From Pseudovirgaria hyperparasitica (Eukaryota): DNA of 64,000 nt. Position numbers and translations under genes: made by a program. The notes under the pieces were generated by a model. It had not been told where the DNA came from and made no database searches. It worked only from the letters and a program-made list of their open reading frames with translations. Below, in pieces: positions 36,394 to 48,174 of this stretch (its first letter is position 1; each line of letters begins with the position of its first letter). Where the stretch lies: assembly GCA_010093815.1 (NCBI GenBank), contig ML996579.1. One strand, 5' to 3'.

Positions 36394-39327
36394 CTAATCT
36401 TAGTACTCGAGGTCGCGAGCCAGCTCCTAAAGAATTATATCGCTTATCTTAGAGAGGTTAGATTCCTCCTCATCAGATAGTTCATTAGGCCTCTCCTATC
36501 TATAGAAGTTCTCTTTAATATTATCTAGGCCCGCGTCGGACTCGAATTTCTTAAAATTAATTAGCCGCTTAGCGGCGCGCGCCTTATTAAATTCCTTCTA
36601 GAATGACCTATCCCTATAGACTAGCCTTTCCTACCTTACTATTTTCTTAAAGGTCTCTACGAATACCCTCGAGCCCTCCTTAAACCAGGCGTCTACCTTA
36701 GCTTTAAGTTATTAAGGACTTACGTTAAGCTACGCAGCTACCTCTTCTTTTATCTCCTAGCTATCCTATCTTTTATAGCCGACTAATACGTTACTAACGG
36801 CGTTAAAACTCGGGAGTTAAACTACGGCTAGAAAGGTAAAAGGAATCGCGCCGTATTTATTAGAAAATCCCGATAGAGACGTAGGTCCCGGAGTTAAATT
36901 CCTATAAGCTACTATGAGTTATTCCCATGTACCCATTTTAGGCACTTCTATTATTATGTAATTAGGGCTAATCGTAATATACCATGGAAGCATCGTACGT
37001 CTTCTACCCTTTACGGGACCCTAGGCGCCGTGTATTATTAGTAGGCTAGAGATACGCACTTTAAGGGACTGGTAGGGGACCGGGATAAAGGGACTAAATC
37101 GTTTCTTATCGTCTATATTATAGATCTTATTATTAATAGCCGTAATTATACCGTTTCGATTAACCCCCTCGCGGAGCTTAGTCTTTAACTACTATTCGTT
37201 TAAGAACTTATAGGAGCGGGGAATAATTATAGTATAGTCGTTACTTCGTTCGTTATCGAGACTAATACTCCCCTAGATTATATTAAACCCATGTCTATTA
37301 CTAGGATCGAGGATTCGATTAATGGCGTTATTAAGATACTTAAAACCCGTCTTATCGCCCCTATCCTAGGACTTCGCATAGTACGGGTACGAGATTAGAT
37401 AGTAGTTAAGATCGGGCCGAAGAGCGATATAGGTAAGCTAGTAAAGTAGGTATTACCTAATAAACTATTAGATATAGGAGTGGTATATAGTTTATAGCTA
37501 GCCGTAGTTTAATTTCTTATTAAACATGCGCTAGTAGTACTTATATATATTAAATTCATCCCTCGCGAGTTCTAGAATACTCTTATTAAGTATAGAGGTC
37601 GTCTTTTTAAGTAGCTCGAAGAGCCCTTTAATATTAATACTTCCGGTATATTCCTACTCGTTAAAGAGTTACCTACCTATCCTACTATCCTCCTTCTAAA
37701 TCATAAATGCGATGCTAGTAAGAATGGTTTTAATATTAATAACTTACTTCGGGGTCTCTAGGGCCTAGTAATAATAGATACCTAATGCCTCTATTAGATA
37801 AGGTGGCCGCGTGTACTTCGCGAACTAGGTATAGCGGTCCTTATAAACTTTAAGGGCCCCTACGTTATCTCTAAACTTATATACTATTTTAAGTCTCGCT
37901 ACTAGGTTTAAGTAGAACACGCTAACGAGTATATTATTCTTTCTAGCCACGTCTTAGTAATGCTTATAGTAGACTTTATACGGAATAGCTATATTACCTA
38001 TCTATACTTTCTAGCGCACTAGTAGGGCCATTCCCTTAATGCTTATGAAATTCTTCTTTAATAATATAGCTACCTTAAAAGTCTTTATTACTAAAGGCGC
38101 GTATTAATACTTCTTAGGCTCGTCCTCTTCCTTAACCGATACTATTATCTTAGGGTATAAACTAAGAATAACCGGGGATTATTATATAGGCGCCCCTAGT
38201 AATTACTAAGGGCCGGTAGATAAGGCACGTCCGCGAGTGGGTTTTATCGGCGTAGCCATAATAGGTACTAAAGAGGTTCTTATATAGCCCGGTAAGGGAT
38301 GTACACTAGTAGTAGTAGGAGGAATACTTACTTTAAATAGACGACTAGCTTCGAAGAGACGACGTGCTACTAAACTAGAAGGCGTGCTTCGTGGAGGGGA
38401 CTTTACCGTAGGCGTTACCTACGCTGGTTTTAGCGACGGTAAGGTCTAAGGCGGAGGTAATATACTTATCTCTTTAATTTATAGGTAGTATTCGACGGGC
38501 CTATAAACTATTCTACTTATCCGTAACTATTAACTAGCGGGGATAATAAGTCCTATCTTATTATAGAACGTTAGTTTATTTTATCGGCTAGGGTAGTTCG
38601 AGAGTTACTAGAGAGATAGACCGTCCTCGTTACTATCGCTAGCTAGGGCGGCATTAATATTAGAGCTCTAAAGATATGCCTTAATTCCCCTTCCCTTCTA
38701 TCTCTAGCTAATTTAGAACTATAGGGATACGTTTAACTAGTTCCTTGCTCTCGCCCATGTCCGTATTCATAAGAGCGCTACTAGCTTTTCTATAAAGTTC
38801 TATATTTACTAGAGCTATCCGAGGGCGGATTAGAGTAACTAGCCGTCGTTATTAGGGAGGTCTTTTCGCTAGTTTTATAGGATTACATTTTTAGCTTTTA
38901 GGATACGGGAGTTAGTATCTCTTCTACGATAAATTATCTCGTAGACTTCTTTCGGAATAGAGGAGTTAATCTTTACCTTACTATACCCTATTACGGCTCC
39001 TACTTCCTAGAAGAGGTTAACTATACTACTTAAGAGCTATTCTATAAGGCTAGTAATATAAAGGAGATTATTAAACGTGTCTAGAATATAGTCCTATCGC
39101 TCTTACGGGTCCTAGATAGCGATAATTCGGTTAATAGTAGACTTATTTACTTCCGTAGCTTCTATAGTCTATCCGTACGGAGTAGTAGATGGCCTTAATA
39201 CCACGATAGCCGTTAATAGCCCTACTTTAGTACTCACGACTCTTAACTAGAACCGCGTCTATCTTATTAGTACTTAACGATCTTATAACTCTTTACGGGT
39301 AGGCGTTTTCTTTTTTAGCGGGGCCAT
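36394..39327 (-). pseudogene. Extra ORF of element A (~975 codons) with C-terminal 2OG-Fe(II) dioxygenase-like domain; inactivated by RIP stops
   Basis: One frame from ATG 39327 (MAPLKKKTP) with no frameshift; stops nearly all TAG/TAA. De-RIP reading: ALRPD..LISYPYYAKS..GDKTGFK[H]L[D]..I[Q]GS..LD..VP[C]..VRIS..HGA.GP..RRRTMLPWY..MGTWE..SGFSNKYG. Confidence 0.75.
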
Positions 39328-39659
39328 TATTATTATCGGTTCTATTAGCGAGTTACGTTCTAAGGAGAGATAGTTAAGCGAGGCGGAAGTAGAGAAGAAG
39401 GTTTTATTAATTAAGGAGGTATAGAGAGGTATAAGAGAGAAGAGTTATATACTATCTTAAGTTCTCTTTTATGCCTCCTCGAATACTAGGTATATAGTAA
39501 TTTTTATAAATAATCCTTACTAACGGCCGTAGGCCCGTATACGTGTCGAATCTATGAATAAATATATACTAGATATATAGGAAATCTATGAATAAATGTA
39601 TCTACCGGGTATATAGCGGAATCTATAAATAAATAGATACCGGGTATATTCTTATCCTT

Positions 39660-42600
39660 ATGAGACTTCCTATAAGTATCTTTTTCTTCTATACCTTCTC
39701 CTTCTTTTCTTTCTTATTAGTTTCTAATAGGGCCCGTTCTATAGTAACGAAATGGGCCTTTAATAGGTAGGCTTCGATTACACGACCGGCTTTAATATAT
39801 AGTAGGTAGAATTCGCGTAAACGCCATTATGTCTTCTTTCGAGCATTACTTACTTTAATAATAAGTTTTATCATTTTATAGTAATAATAGGGTTTATCAT
39901 CCTCTTTCGATAATAGAGTTCATCGTCCTTTTTCGATAATAGAGTTCATCGTTATAAGACTACTTTTATAAGTATCCCTTCCCTCCTTAAAAAAACTTCT
40001 ATCCCCTAGAAGAAGATGTTAATTCTAGGGAAACGTAAATATTCTTCTCTATTAAAGTCTTATAGAGTAGGAATTACTACTTCTACCCGGGTTCGTGTGG
40101 CGTCGTCGAGGTATTCTATAAGTTATTTATAATAGTTTTCCTTATCGCTACTCTCCTTATTTTCCTCGGTAATTCTTCTAATTAGTAGTCGCGAGAGCTC
40201 GTCGTGACTCTCGTTACTTATATTTCTTATAAAATATTTCTTTAATCTATGGCTAGGAAACGTCCCTCTAAGCATGGCTCTATTAAGCTCCGCGAGCTTA
40301 TAAGTATAATTAAACACGGACTAGATTCTATATGGCCCCCTCTAATACTACCTTAGCTTCCGCTCTATATCCTTCTATTACTACGAGTCGTATAGAAGGA
40401 TAATTATATTAACTAGTAACGACTCTTAACGAAGGTAATAGTCGTTATTCTATATCTCTCTCGATTCCTTACGCGTTTATATCGCGTGGGTATAGGCCTT
40501 CTTAAGATTCTCAGATCTTCTCTTAAGTTATCTAGCTCGAAGAGCGAGTAAGTCGGACGTTAATTATACCTCGTCCTAAGGGAGTATTTAGAGCGACTCG
40601 AATTCGACTTTAATAGGCATGATTAGTTTATGGCCGAGCACGAGGTATATGGTACTATACCCTATACTAGCACGTGTCGTTATTCTATCTACCTAGACGA
40701 CCGTATAGAGGTAGCCGGGCTAGTTCTTAAATCCGCTATTAGTTATCTTCGCGAGAGTATTAGCGAGTAGTATAAAACTTCTCTTAATAATTCTATTTAC
40801 TTAGGGATTATATATAGATATAACCTTCTAATAAATTCTATAGAGTTAGAGGAGCTCCTCTATAGCACCTATATTTTCTCTACCACCGTTATAGGTGATT
40901 TTAGGAATGATTCTATATCTATAGATTATGTTCTTAAAGAGGAACTTTACGATGACTATGGACGTGGCCGCCGTATATATCTCCACCTTAGTCTATCCGC
41001 TTAGCTATTCTTATATAGATACTACTTTACTATACCCTATAGAAGGTGGTAGCGTCGTTACGTCTAAGTATATTCTTTACTAAAGAATAGGCGTTATAAC
41101 GTAGTGGAGCCCTTTATTAAGACCTCCGAGGAGTTTACTTCATTGTTAATATTCGTTATAGGTTTTTATATACTATCGCATGTCTCTATGTATATCTATC
41201 TACTAATACTTATCCTTAATCCTTCCGAGGGTCCCTTTACTATCTCTATAATCTATCTCGTCGTGAGTGGTAGTAATTATACACGCCCTAGTATTCGAAT
41301 CCTTAATTACTCGTATATATTAGCGATACCTATCTCCTCTCTACTAGAGTATTCGGTCACGTATAAGGAACTTTAGGTAGTCGGTTATAAAGGCCTTATA
41401 TACTCGGTTGGTTAGGTCGGTTAGCCTCTCGAGTATAGTAAGGTACTTTATAATCCTCTACTATTTATCGCTATATTTATCTATTAAGGGAGACTTAATG
41501 GCGGTATAGTCGAGTATCTCTATTATATAATCTCTCCCGCTAACGGGCTTAATTAACGACGTCTCTAGCACGTCTATATATAGAGCTATATCTATAAACT
41601 CGTCTAGGTTAAAGGTAGAGATATCTAGTGGTTCTTCTCCTTCGTATATCTATAAGATACCGTTAGCGACTATATTACGCTTCCTAGGTACGTGCCTAAC
41701 TATAAAGTTCTATAGCTAAATCCACGCGAGCCACCTAGTAACGAGCGCCCCTAGTAAGTTAGTTATAGTATGGTTAATTTAAGCGACTAGAGTATTTATA
41801 TCTATTTCTATAATAAAGTATATACTATAGAGGTATTACTAGAACTTCTATAACGCGTAGAGGAGGGCTCGGTACTCTAGCTTCACGGTGTCGTAGTTTC
41901 TCTTAGCTTTTAACTATATTCCTCTATTATACCGCGATAGCTAACGTTTATAATTCTTATTCTTCTATATTAATATAGCTCTCTACCTAACGTTACTAGA
42001 GTCTACTACTAGAATTATATCTCCTATATCTATTCTATACCGTAACGTTATTAGTGCGGGAGTAGTAGTTAGAGCTATCTTTAGCGCGTCCATCGAGGTC
42101 TACTCCTTAGCTATCTACTACTAGACTAATTTATTCTTTAATAGTATAAATAGCGGCGATATAATAATAGCGTACCCGGGGATCTATATCCGGAAATATA
42201 TATAAACGCTAAGGAAGGCTCACACATTCGTCGTGTTTTTATAGGGTTTCTAGTCCCTAATAGTAGTAACCTTTTCATTACTCGGTCGCCTCCCTTTAAT
42301 ATCGTAGATATATCCTATAACGTTAGCGGCTTTAATATACTACTAAGTCTTCTTACTACTTAGGGCGTATCCGGCGCGCTCTATATCCGTAAGAACCTTA
42401 TCCACGTTAATTAAATGTTCTAGAATATACCTACGAATTCTAGGCAGGGCCTCCTTAGAGTTATATTTCGTCGTAGGTCCTTTAATACCTAAGTTATCTA
42501 GGAATAGTAGAGCTCTCTCCGGGATATATTCTTATATAATAGTTAATATAATCCTAACGAACTAAGCTACTAAATTAGTGGCCCCTTAAGGTAATATTAT

Positions 42601-45600
42601 TCTATATAGTAATCCTAGGGGCGTTATAAACCCCGTTAAGTCTCGGTAATACTCTACTAATAGAATCTAATCATATTCTAAGAAGAAGTCGGTAAATATT
42701 AAGACGGCTATCCCCGTAAAGTACTCCGAGAACTCTTTATACAAGGGCGGCGTGGCCGCATTACGAATAGTAACTCGGTTAATTTCTATCGCCGAATTAA
42801 TTAACCTATAATCTCGTTCCTTATTAGCTTCCTTCTTCTTTTCCACGAGAAAATAGATATTTTAATAAGGACTACTATAGGGCTCGAGCCTTCCGCTATT
42901 AAGACGCTCTTTTAGGATCGTGAGTACCTTCCTATAAAGGGCTCTAGAAATATTAAAGTTCTTAGCCTACTATACCTTATATTCTACCGTTCGGATCTCC
43001 TGCGGAGGTGCTACCTCTTTATTAAATTTACTAAGATATAAGAATTCCTATACTAGTACTTCCTCGTGATATAATAAGATTATATATAGTAACTTAAGTT
43101 CCGCGGGACGTAGCTCTATTCTAATCTTTAGCTAACTTATACGTAGAGGCGTTAGACGTGTTTCTAGCGGGATAGTTACCCTTTAAGGCTCTATTAGCCT
43201 ATTAAACGCGTTAAGGCCTAGATAGACGGCTAGAAGAAGTATCTACTATGCGATTACTCGTTCACGCTAGTCTAGATACCCTAATAGATTTCTAGGAACC
43301 TTTCGGTAGGCTTCGGAGTTATCCATAGGGTATACTTTAACTCCCTTTCTTTTATACATGGTAGCTATACTAAATCCCTTTAATACCCCGGATAAATACT
43401 ATCTTTAGAGGCCGGTAGAGCCTACTATAAGCCGTTCTATTATTATACCTTATTTATATATAAAGATAGTATACCTTACCGCCGTAACTAGGGCGGCTAA
43501 GTTATCTTTTCTCGATAACTAAGTAATATTTTCAGGCCGGATTTTCTTAGAAAGTAACTCTATATAACTTATTTCTATATCCGTATAAAAATATAGCCTA
43601 TCCCCTTCGTTAGTAGGTTTACCGGACCCTATTTAGTATGGATTATTAGTTAAGGGTAGCCCTTAACTAATAATCCGGCTTAACTCCGGCTTCTAGCGAT
43701 ATACTCTACTATATAGTTAGTCTCTAGCTACGGAGTTACCCTTCTTCTCTAAGACTAGAATATACTCGTTCGGACTAGTTTCGAAGATTATACGTTCTTA
43801 TCTATATATAGAGTAGACTATTAAGAGTACTTACCCGGAGGCTAACCTCTATACTATAAGTAAGGCCTATCTAGTATATAGCTCCCCTAGGATAAGGGTA
43901 TGATTAAGTTTACTATATACGAATATCGAAGTGGCTATAACGATCCGATCTATATAGATAGGGTATTACTATACTATTCCTATAAATAGAGTACTATACT
44001 AAGTAGCGCTAACTAAACTCGAGTTCTTTATATATAGTAGAAGCGAAGATATCGCTAGCCTAAGACGCCTTATAGCATCTAGTCGAATACTATTTACCTA
44101 TACGCCACTATTAAATAGTACTATACTAGTCGCCCTTTTAGGACTAACTTCTATAGGGTATCTCGGACACTTAGCTACTAGCCTTACTATCCCTTTCTTA
44201 AGCTAATTAATATCTCATTATATAATAGCCGTCCCCGTGGTATAGAGGGGTACTAATATATTAAGTTTATTTATCTCGGGAGCCATAGTATAGTCGTTTC
44301 TTCCTTTCTTCTTAGCTCTCTCTTCTTAAGTCTTATAGACCTCTCTAGCTATAAAGTCGGGGGCGCCCTTCTCGAATACCGTATGATATAAGTCGCTATT
44401 AAGGCTTAATAGTTCGCTAATAGTAATGTTTATAGTTATCCCTAGAACGCGTACTAGCTATGCTTCGCTAGCTTCTATACTTAGCCGCTATCCTTTGCGT
44501 AGATAGTTATTAAGCTTAACGTCTCGGATACGTGCCTTTTAACTAGGATTTAGGCTATCCCCTTTATCTATCTTATCCTCTAGCGCCGTTAGCTCTTATT
44601 TAGACGTTCCCTAGTCGCTACTCTTCTCGCTATCCTTCTATTCCTTAATAATCCTTATGTACTACCCTTTACGTATTCCGTAGAGACGGGCGATCTTTCT
44701 TTCCTTAGTATAATTAGGTATACTCTTTATAATCCCCCTTCTAGATATTATAAGTATAGTAGGCTCTTCCAGGGCTATCTCCTTATAGATATATCTATTA
44801 CTAGCCACGTTAAAGCGTTCGTGGAATTCTATATATCTATCTTTCTTACTCTCGGGCGACGTGACTTCTTCTTCCGAATTACTATCCGCCAAGGCCTAGT
44901 AGGGACCCTTTGTAGGTTTTATACTAATACTATATACTAGTACTCTCTATAAAGCGTTAATATTTACTACGGACGTAGAAACCTTTACTCCTCCTCCGTA
45001 CTAGCTTAGGCCGTTTTAAACTATTACTACGTAGTTCCGGATAGCTTATAGAGTAGCTTATAGCTCTACCGAGAAGGGTAGTAATGGGATTTCTTCTCCG
45101 TTCGCCCTAAAACGCCCTTAGAACACTCGTACCCTATTAATATTTAGTAATCCGTCTCTAATATATCCTACTATCTCCGGACATCTATATATTAGGTGAT
45201 CTCCTCTATATATAATATATATAATCGGTCTTCGAGGCCTATTCTAGGCTATAACGCCTCCTTAGGAGTCTCGGGTAGAGACGTATTCTCTATTCTATAT
45301 ATAATTCTATGGATAAACTTACGTTAGTTCTATAGGTATACCTTATACTTAGGGATATACTAAAAGATTTAGCCTTCGCGCCTACTAGTTAATAATAGCC
45401 GAAAGTAGCTTAGGTTCGTACTTCTTAAGGGATAGGAATAAGGGATTAGAGGTAAAGTAGGACTTTATCTTAATTAACGTAAGGTCTAGTTTACTAAATC
45501 TCTCTACTATCTCGTTAAACTTATCCGATTCTAGCGCGACGTGTACTATGACTAGAGAGGGGTAGTTAAATTCATTAGTTCTTCTTTCTTCATGTGACTA

Positions 45601-46500
45601 CTCTTCTAAGCCGGTCTTCTTACTCCCTATCTTTAATTTATAGTATATAGCTATAGCTAGCTCTTGTACGGCTAAGTACTTATTAATACGAGCTAGTTCC
45701 TTAAGTACTCTAGCCTTTCGTAATACGAAGCCATAGATAATTACCTAGTTATAACTATATGCTTCCATCGTAAGTTAACATTTCTCTATAGCCCGAGCCT
45801 TAAGACTATTAGGTAGCCCTTCTAGGAAGAGCTCTATTTATAAATACGAGCTTAGGCTTCCTTTAGCCATAAGTTTCTCTATAATAATACGATACTAGGA
45901 GTAGTATATAGAGAGAGAGTAGGATGGGTCTACTTTAACTATTTCCACGTATTTTCGGATAAAGTAGATGGTACCTTCCTCGAGGGCAGAGTTAAATAGA
46001 GAGAATTCCTTTAATAATTCTTCACGTAGCGTGGCCTACTACTATTTCTAAAACCTACTCATTCCTTTAATAGTAGGACGGAGATAGTCCTCGTAGTATA
46101 ACGGTAGGGAGGTTATCTTCTTATTAGGCGGAACTTTATAGTTTATATATATATCCTCGTACTTCCGAAGGAAGGCCGTGATATTTATTCCTTTAAAGCG
46201 CTCAGGGGCTAGGGTAGATAGAGATACTATCCTTCCTTATCGCGTAAATACTACGAAGAAGTTAAGTATCTCTCTACGAGTTACTAGGTCGTTATTTTAA
46301 GCTCCTATCGCACTATTACTAGTAGTAGGTATACTAGTAGAGACGCTGGGGGTAAGGTTATTAGTTAAGGGATTACCTTAACTAAAGGTTGGCCTAATGC
46401 GTCTACCTATAACACCTATTATCCCTTCTCTATATTAACTAATCCCTTTATAAGGTGAACTATTACTATCGTCTTTATCGATATAAGGTTTATAGTATCC
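39660..46500 (-). pseudogene. gag-pol of A1 (RIP-degenerate; ends approximate)
   Basis: Reverse complement of the A2 RT, RNase H and integrase motifs; track ORFs at 40123 and 44662 are fragments of it. Confidence 0.88.
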
Positions 46501-46889
46501 TACTTATATTATTATCTTCGTGTAAGGCGTTCCTAAAGTAGTATACTCGTATGGCCGTGTTTATAAATAACAGCTATAGTAGCACTAAATAGATTATATT
46601 TATCGTTTTTAAACTCTTCTTTACTACTTCATCTAGCCCTATTTTATATCCTATTCCCCTAAGACATTTTCAAGTCGCGCTATCACCCGTATTAGCATGC
46701 GTATACTTTTTATAGCTACTTTTAAGAGGCTAGCCCCTAGCGACTCCGGACTCCCTGTTTTCCGGACTCATAGCTTTAATCTAGTAAGTCTAGACTACCT
46801 TATTAGACACGCTATATACTTCCCCTAAGCTAGTTTCGGAGTCCTAATCTCCCCCTATAAGTTCGTAGTCCGGGTACGACCTCTAAAAT

Positions 46890-47261
46890 TATGGTAAGCT
46901 ATCGCCACGTGTGTCCCTTTTATAAATAGCTATGTTCCTAGTATAGTAGTCACGACGAACTTACAAGTATCTCTCCTAGGTATTATAAGTTCTCTTTGAA
47001 CGCACGACTTCTTATTAGTTCTCTTTTACGATAGGACGGGTCTATATAATACTCTTAATTAATTCTTTAATAGCTAAGCCTAATAATCAATATCTATAGA
47101 GGCCCATAAACGTAAGAAAAGGTCGAATAGTCGAATATTAGTAATGGGGGAAGCGCGCCGAGCAGAATAACCAAGGAAAACGCCCTCCTTAAATATATAA
47201 TGAAGCCATGTAATCGAGCCAGAGACACATACATATAGGGCTGCAGGAGCGGCCTTCCACA
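46890..47261 (-). repeat. 5' LTR of A1, followed by a tRNA-like PBS at 46885-46861
   Basis: Ends ..ggccttccaca on the + strand; adjacent gttcgtagtccgggtacgacctcta resembles a tRNA 3' end. Confidence 0.95.
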
Positions 47262-47265
47262 ATAG

Positions 47266-47919
47266 TTATTACTTTCTATTATATATTACTTACGGTAGTA
47301 CTAAATCTATAATATATAGTACTTATATAACTAAGAAGTATTATTACTTATAGATATTTAAGTAAGTTCGAATAACTTTACGTAGATTTACTTATATTAG
47401 TATAGATTACTACTAGGCCTCTAGTAACCCCTACTAATAAGGAGCGTAGTACTACTAATCGTAATACCTTAGAGAAGGCTTTCTATAAGCTATATATCTA
47501 AGGTAAGGATTACGCCTAGGAGTATAATTCTAATAAGATCCGTAAGGATTTATTAGAATCTACTATAGCTATTATTACCGCGATTACTAGATAATATCGT
47601 TTTTCTTAAATTATTATAGATTCTTACTAATATATATTAATCTCTATAATAGTACTAAAATCTCTACTACTTCGGACTTCTTTCTATATACTAGCGATAT
47701 TAAAATTCCTAGAAAAGGTTCTAGTAAAAAGGCTAAGGTTCCTTCCTCACGCGTACTAAAGAGCTATAAATTTAGGGAAGATAGCTCTAATCTAGAAGTT
47801 TCTATACTAAAGGTATATAGTTCTATACTAATTATTAAATCTTTTTACTAATTTATATAATTCTTAGCGTGCCCGCGCTAGTCCATCCCTCTCTATCCCG
47901 GGTCCCGCTACTCTATAGG
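47266..47919 (+). pseudogene. Middle exons of the antisense spliced gene of element X
   Basis: RIPed + strand frame with gtaagt ~47362, a second intron ~47590-47653 and gtatat..tactaat..ttag ~47813-47867. The frame resumes after element Y at 55949. Confidence 0.55.
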
Positions 47920-48174
47920 TGTTAGGACGGGAACCCTAACGGACCTATATGGACCATTCTAATCTATGTAGCCACGTAGCGGCCAGAGCTAGGATGAGTT
48001 AGCTAGGTTAAGCGAGGTTACTATATAAGTGGACCGTATAAACCGATTCCTACTCGTTAGAAATCAACCTCGTATAAGAGTAAGACTACTCTATAAATAT
48101 ATTCCTATGTCTCTCTATGAACTATTAGACTACTATCCTACGTCTTTACTTATTATATTTTAATTTCTCCCTAT

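Larger units (their letters stand above)
35824..47261 (-). mobile_element. Complete RIP-mutated Ty3/Gypsy LTR retrotransposon A, copy 1 (11,438 bp; Ylt1-like RT)
   Basis: 372 bp LTRs at 35824-36195 and 46890-47261 (TG..CA); 4 bp TSD ATAG at 35820-35823 and 47262-47265; gag-PR-RT-RH-IN on minus ~46.5-39.7 kb; extra ORF downstream of pol. Confidence 0.95.

Noticed and set aside
39885..39955. 27 bp tandem repeats resembling a small array
   Set aside because: Coding repeat (DDELYYRK-like) at the pol C-terminus; no spacers, so not CRISPR-like.
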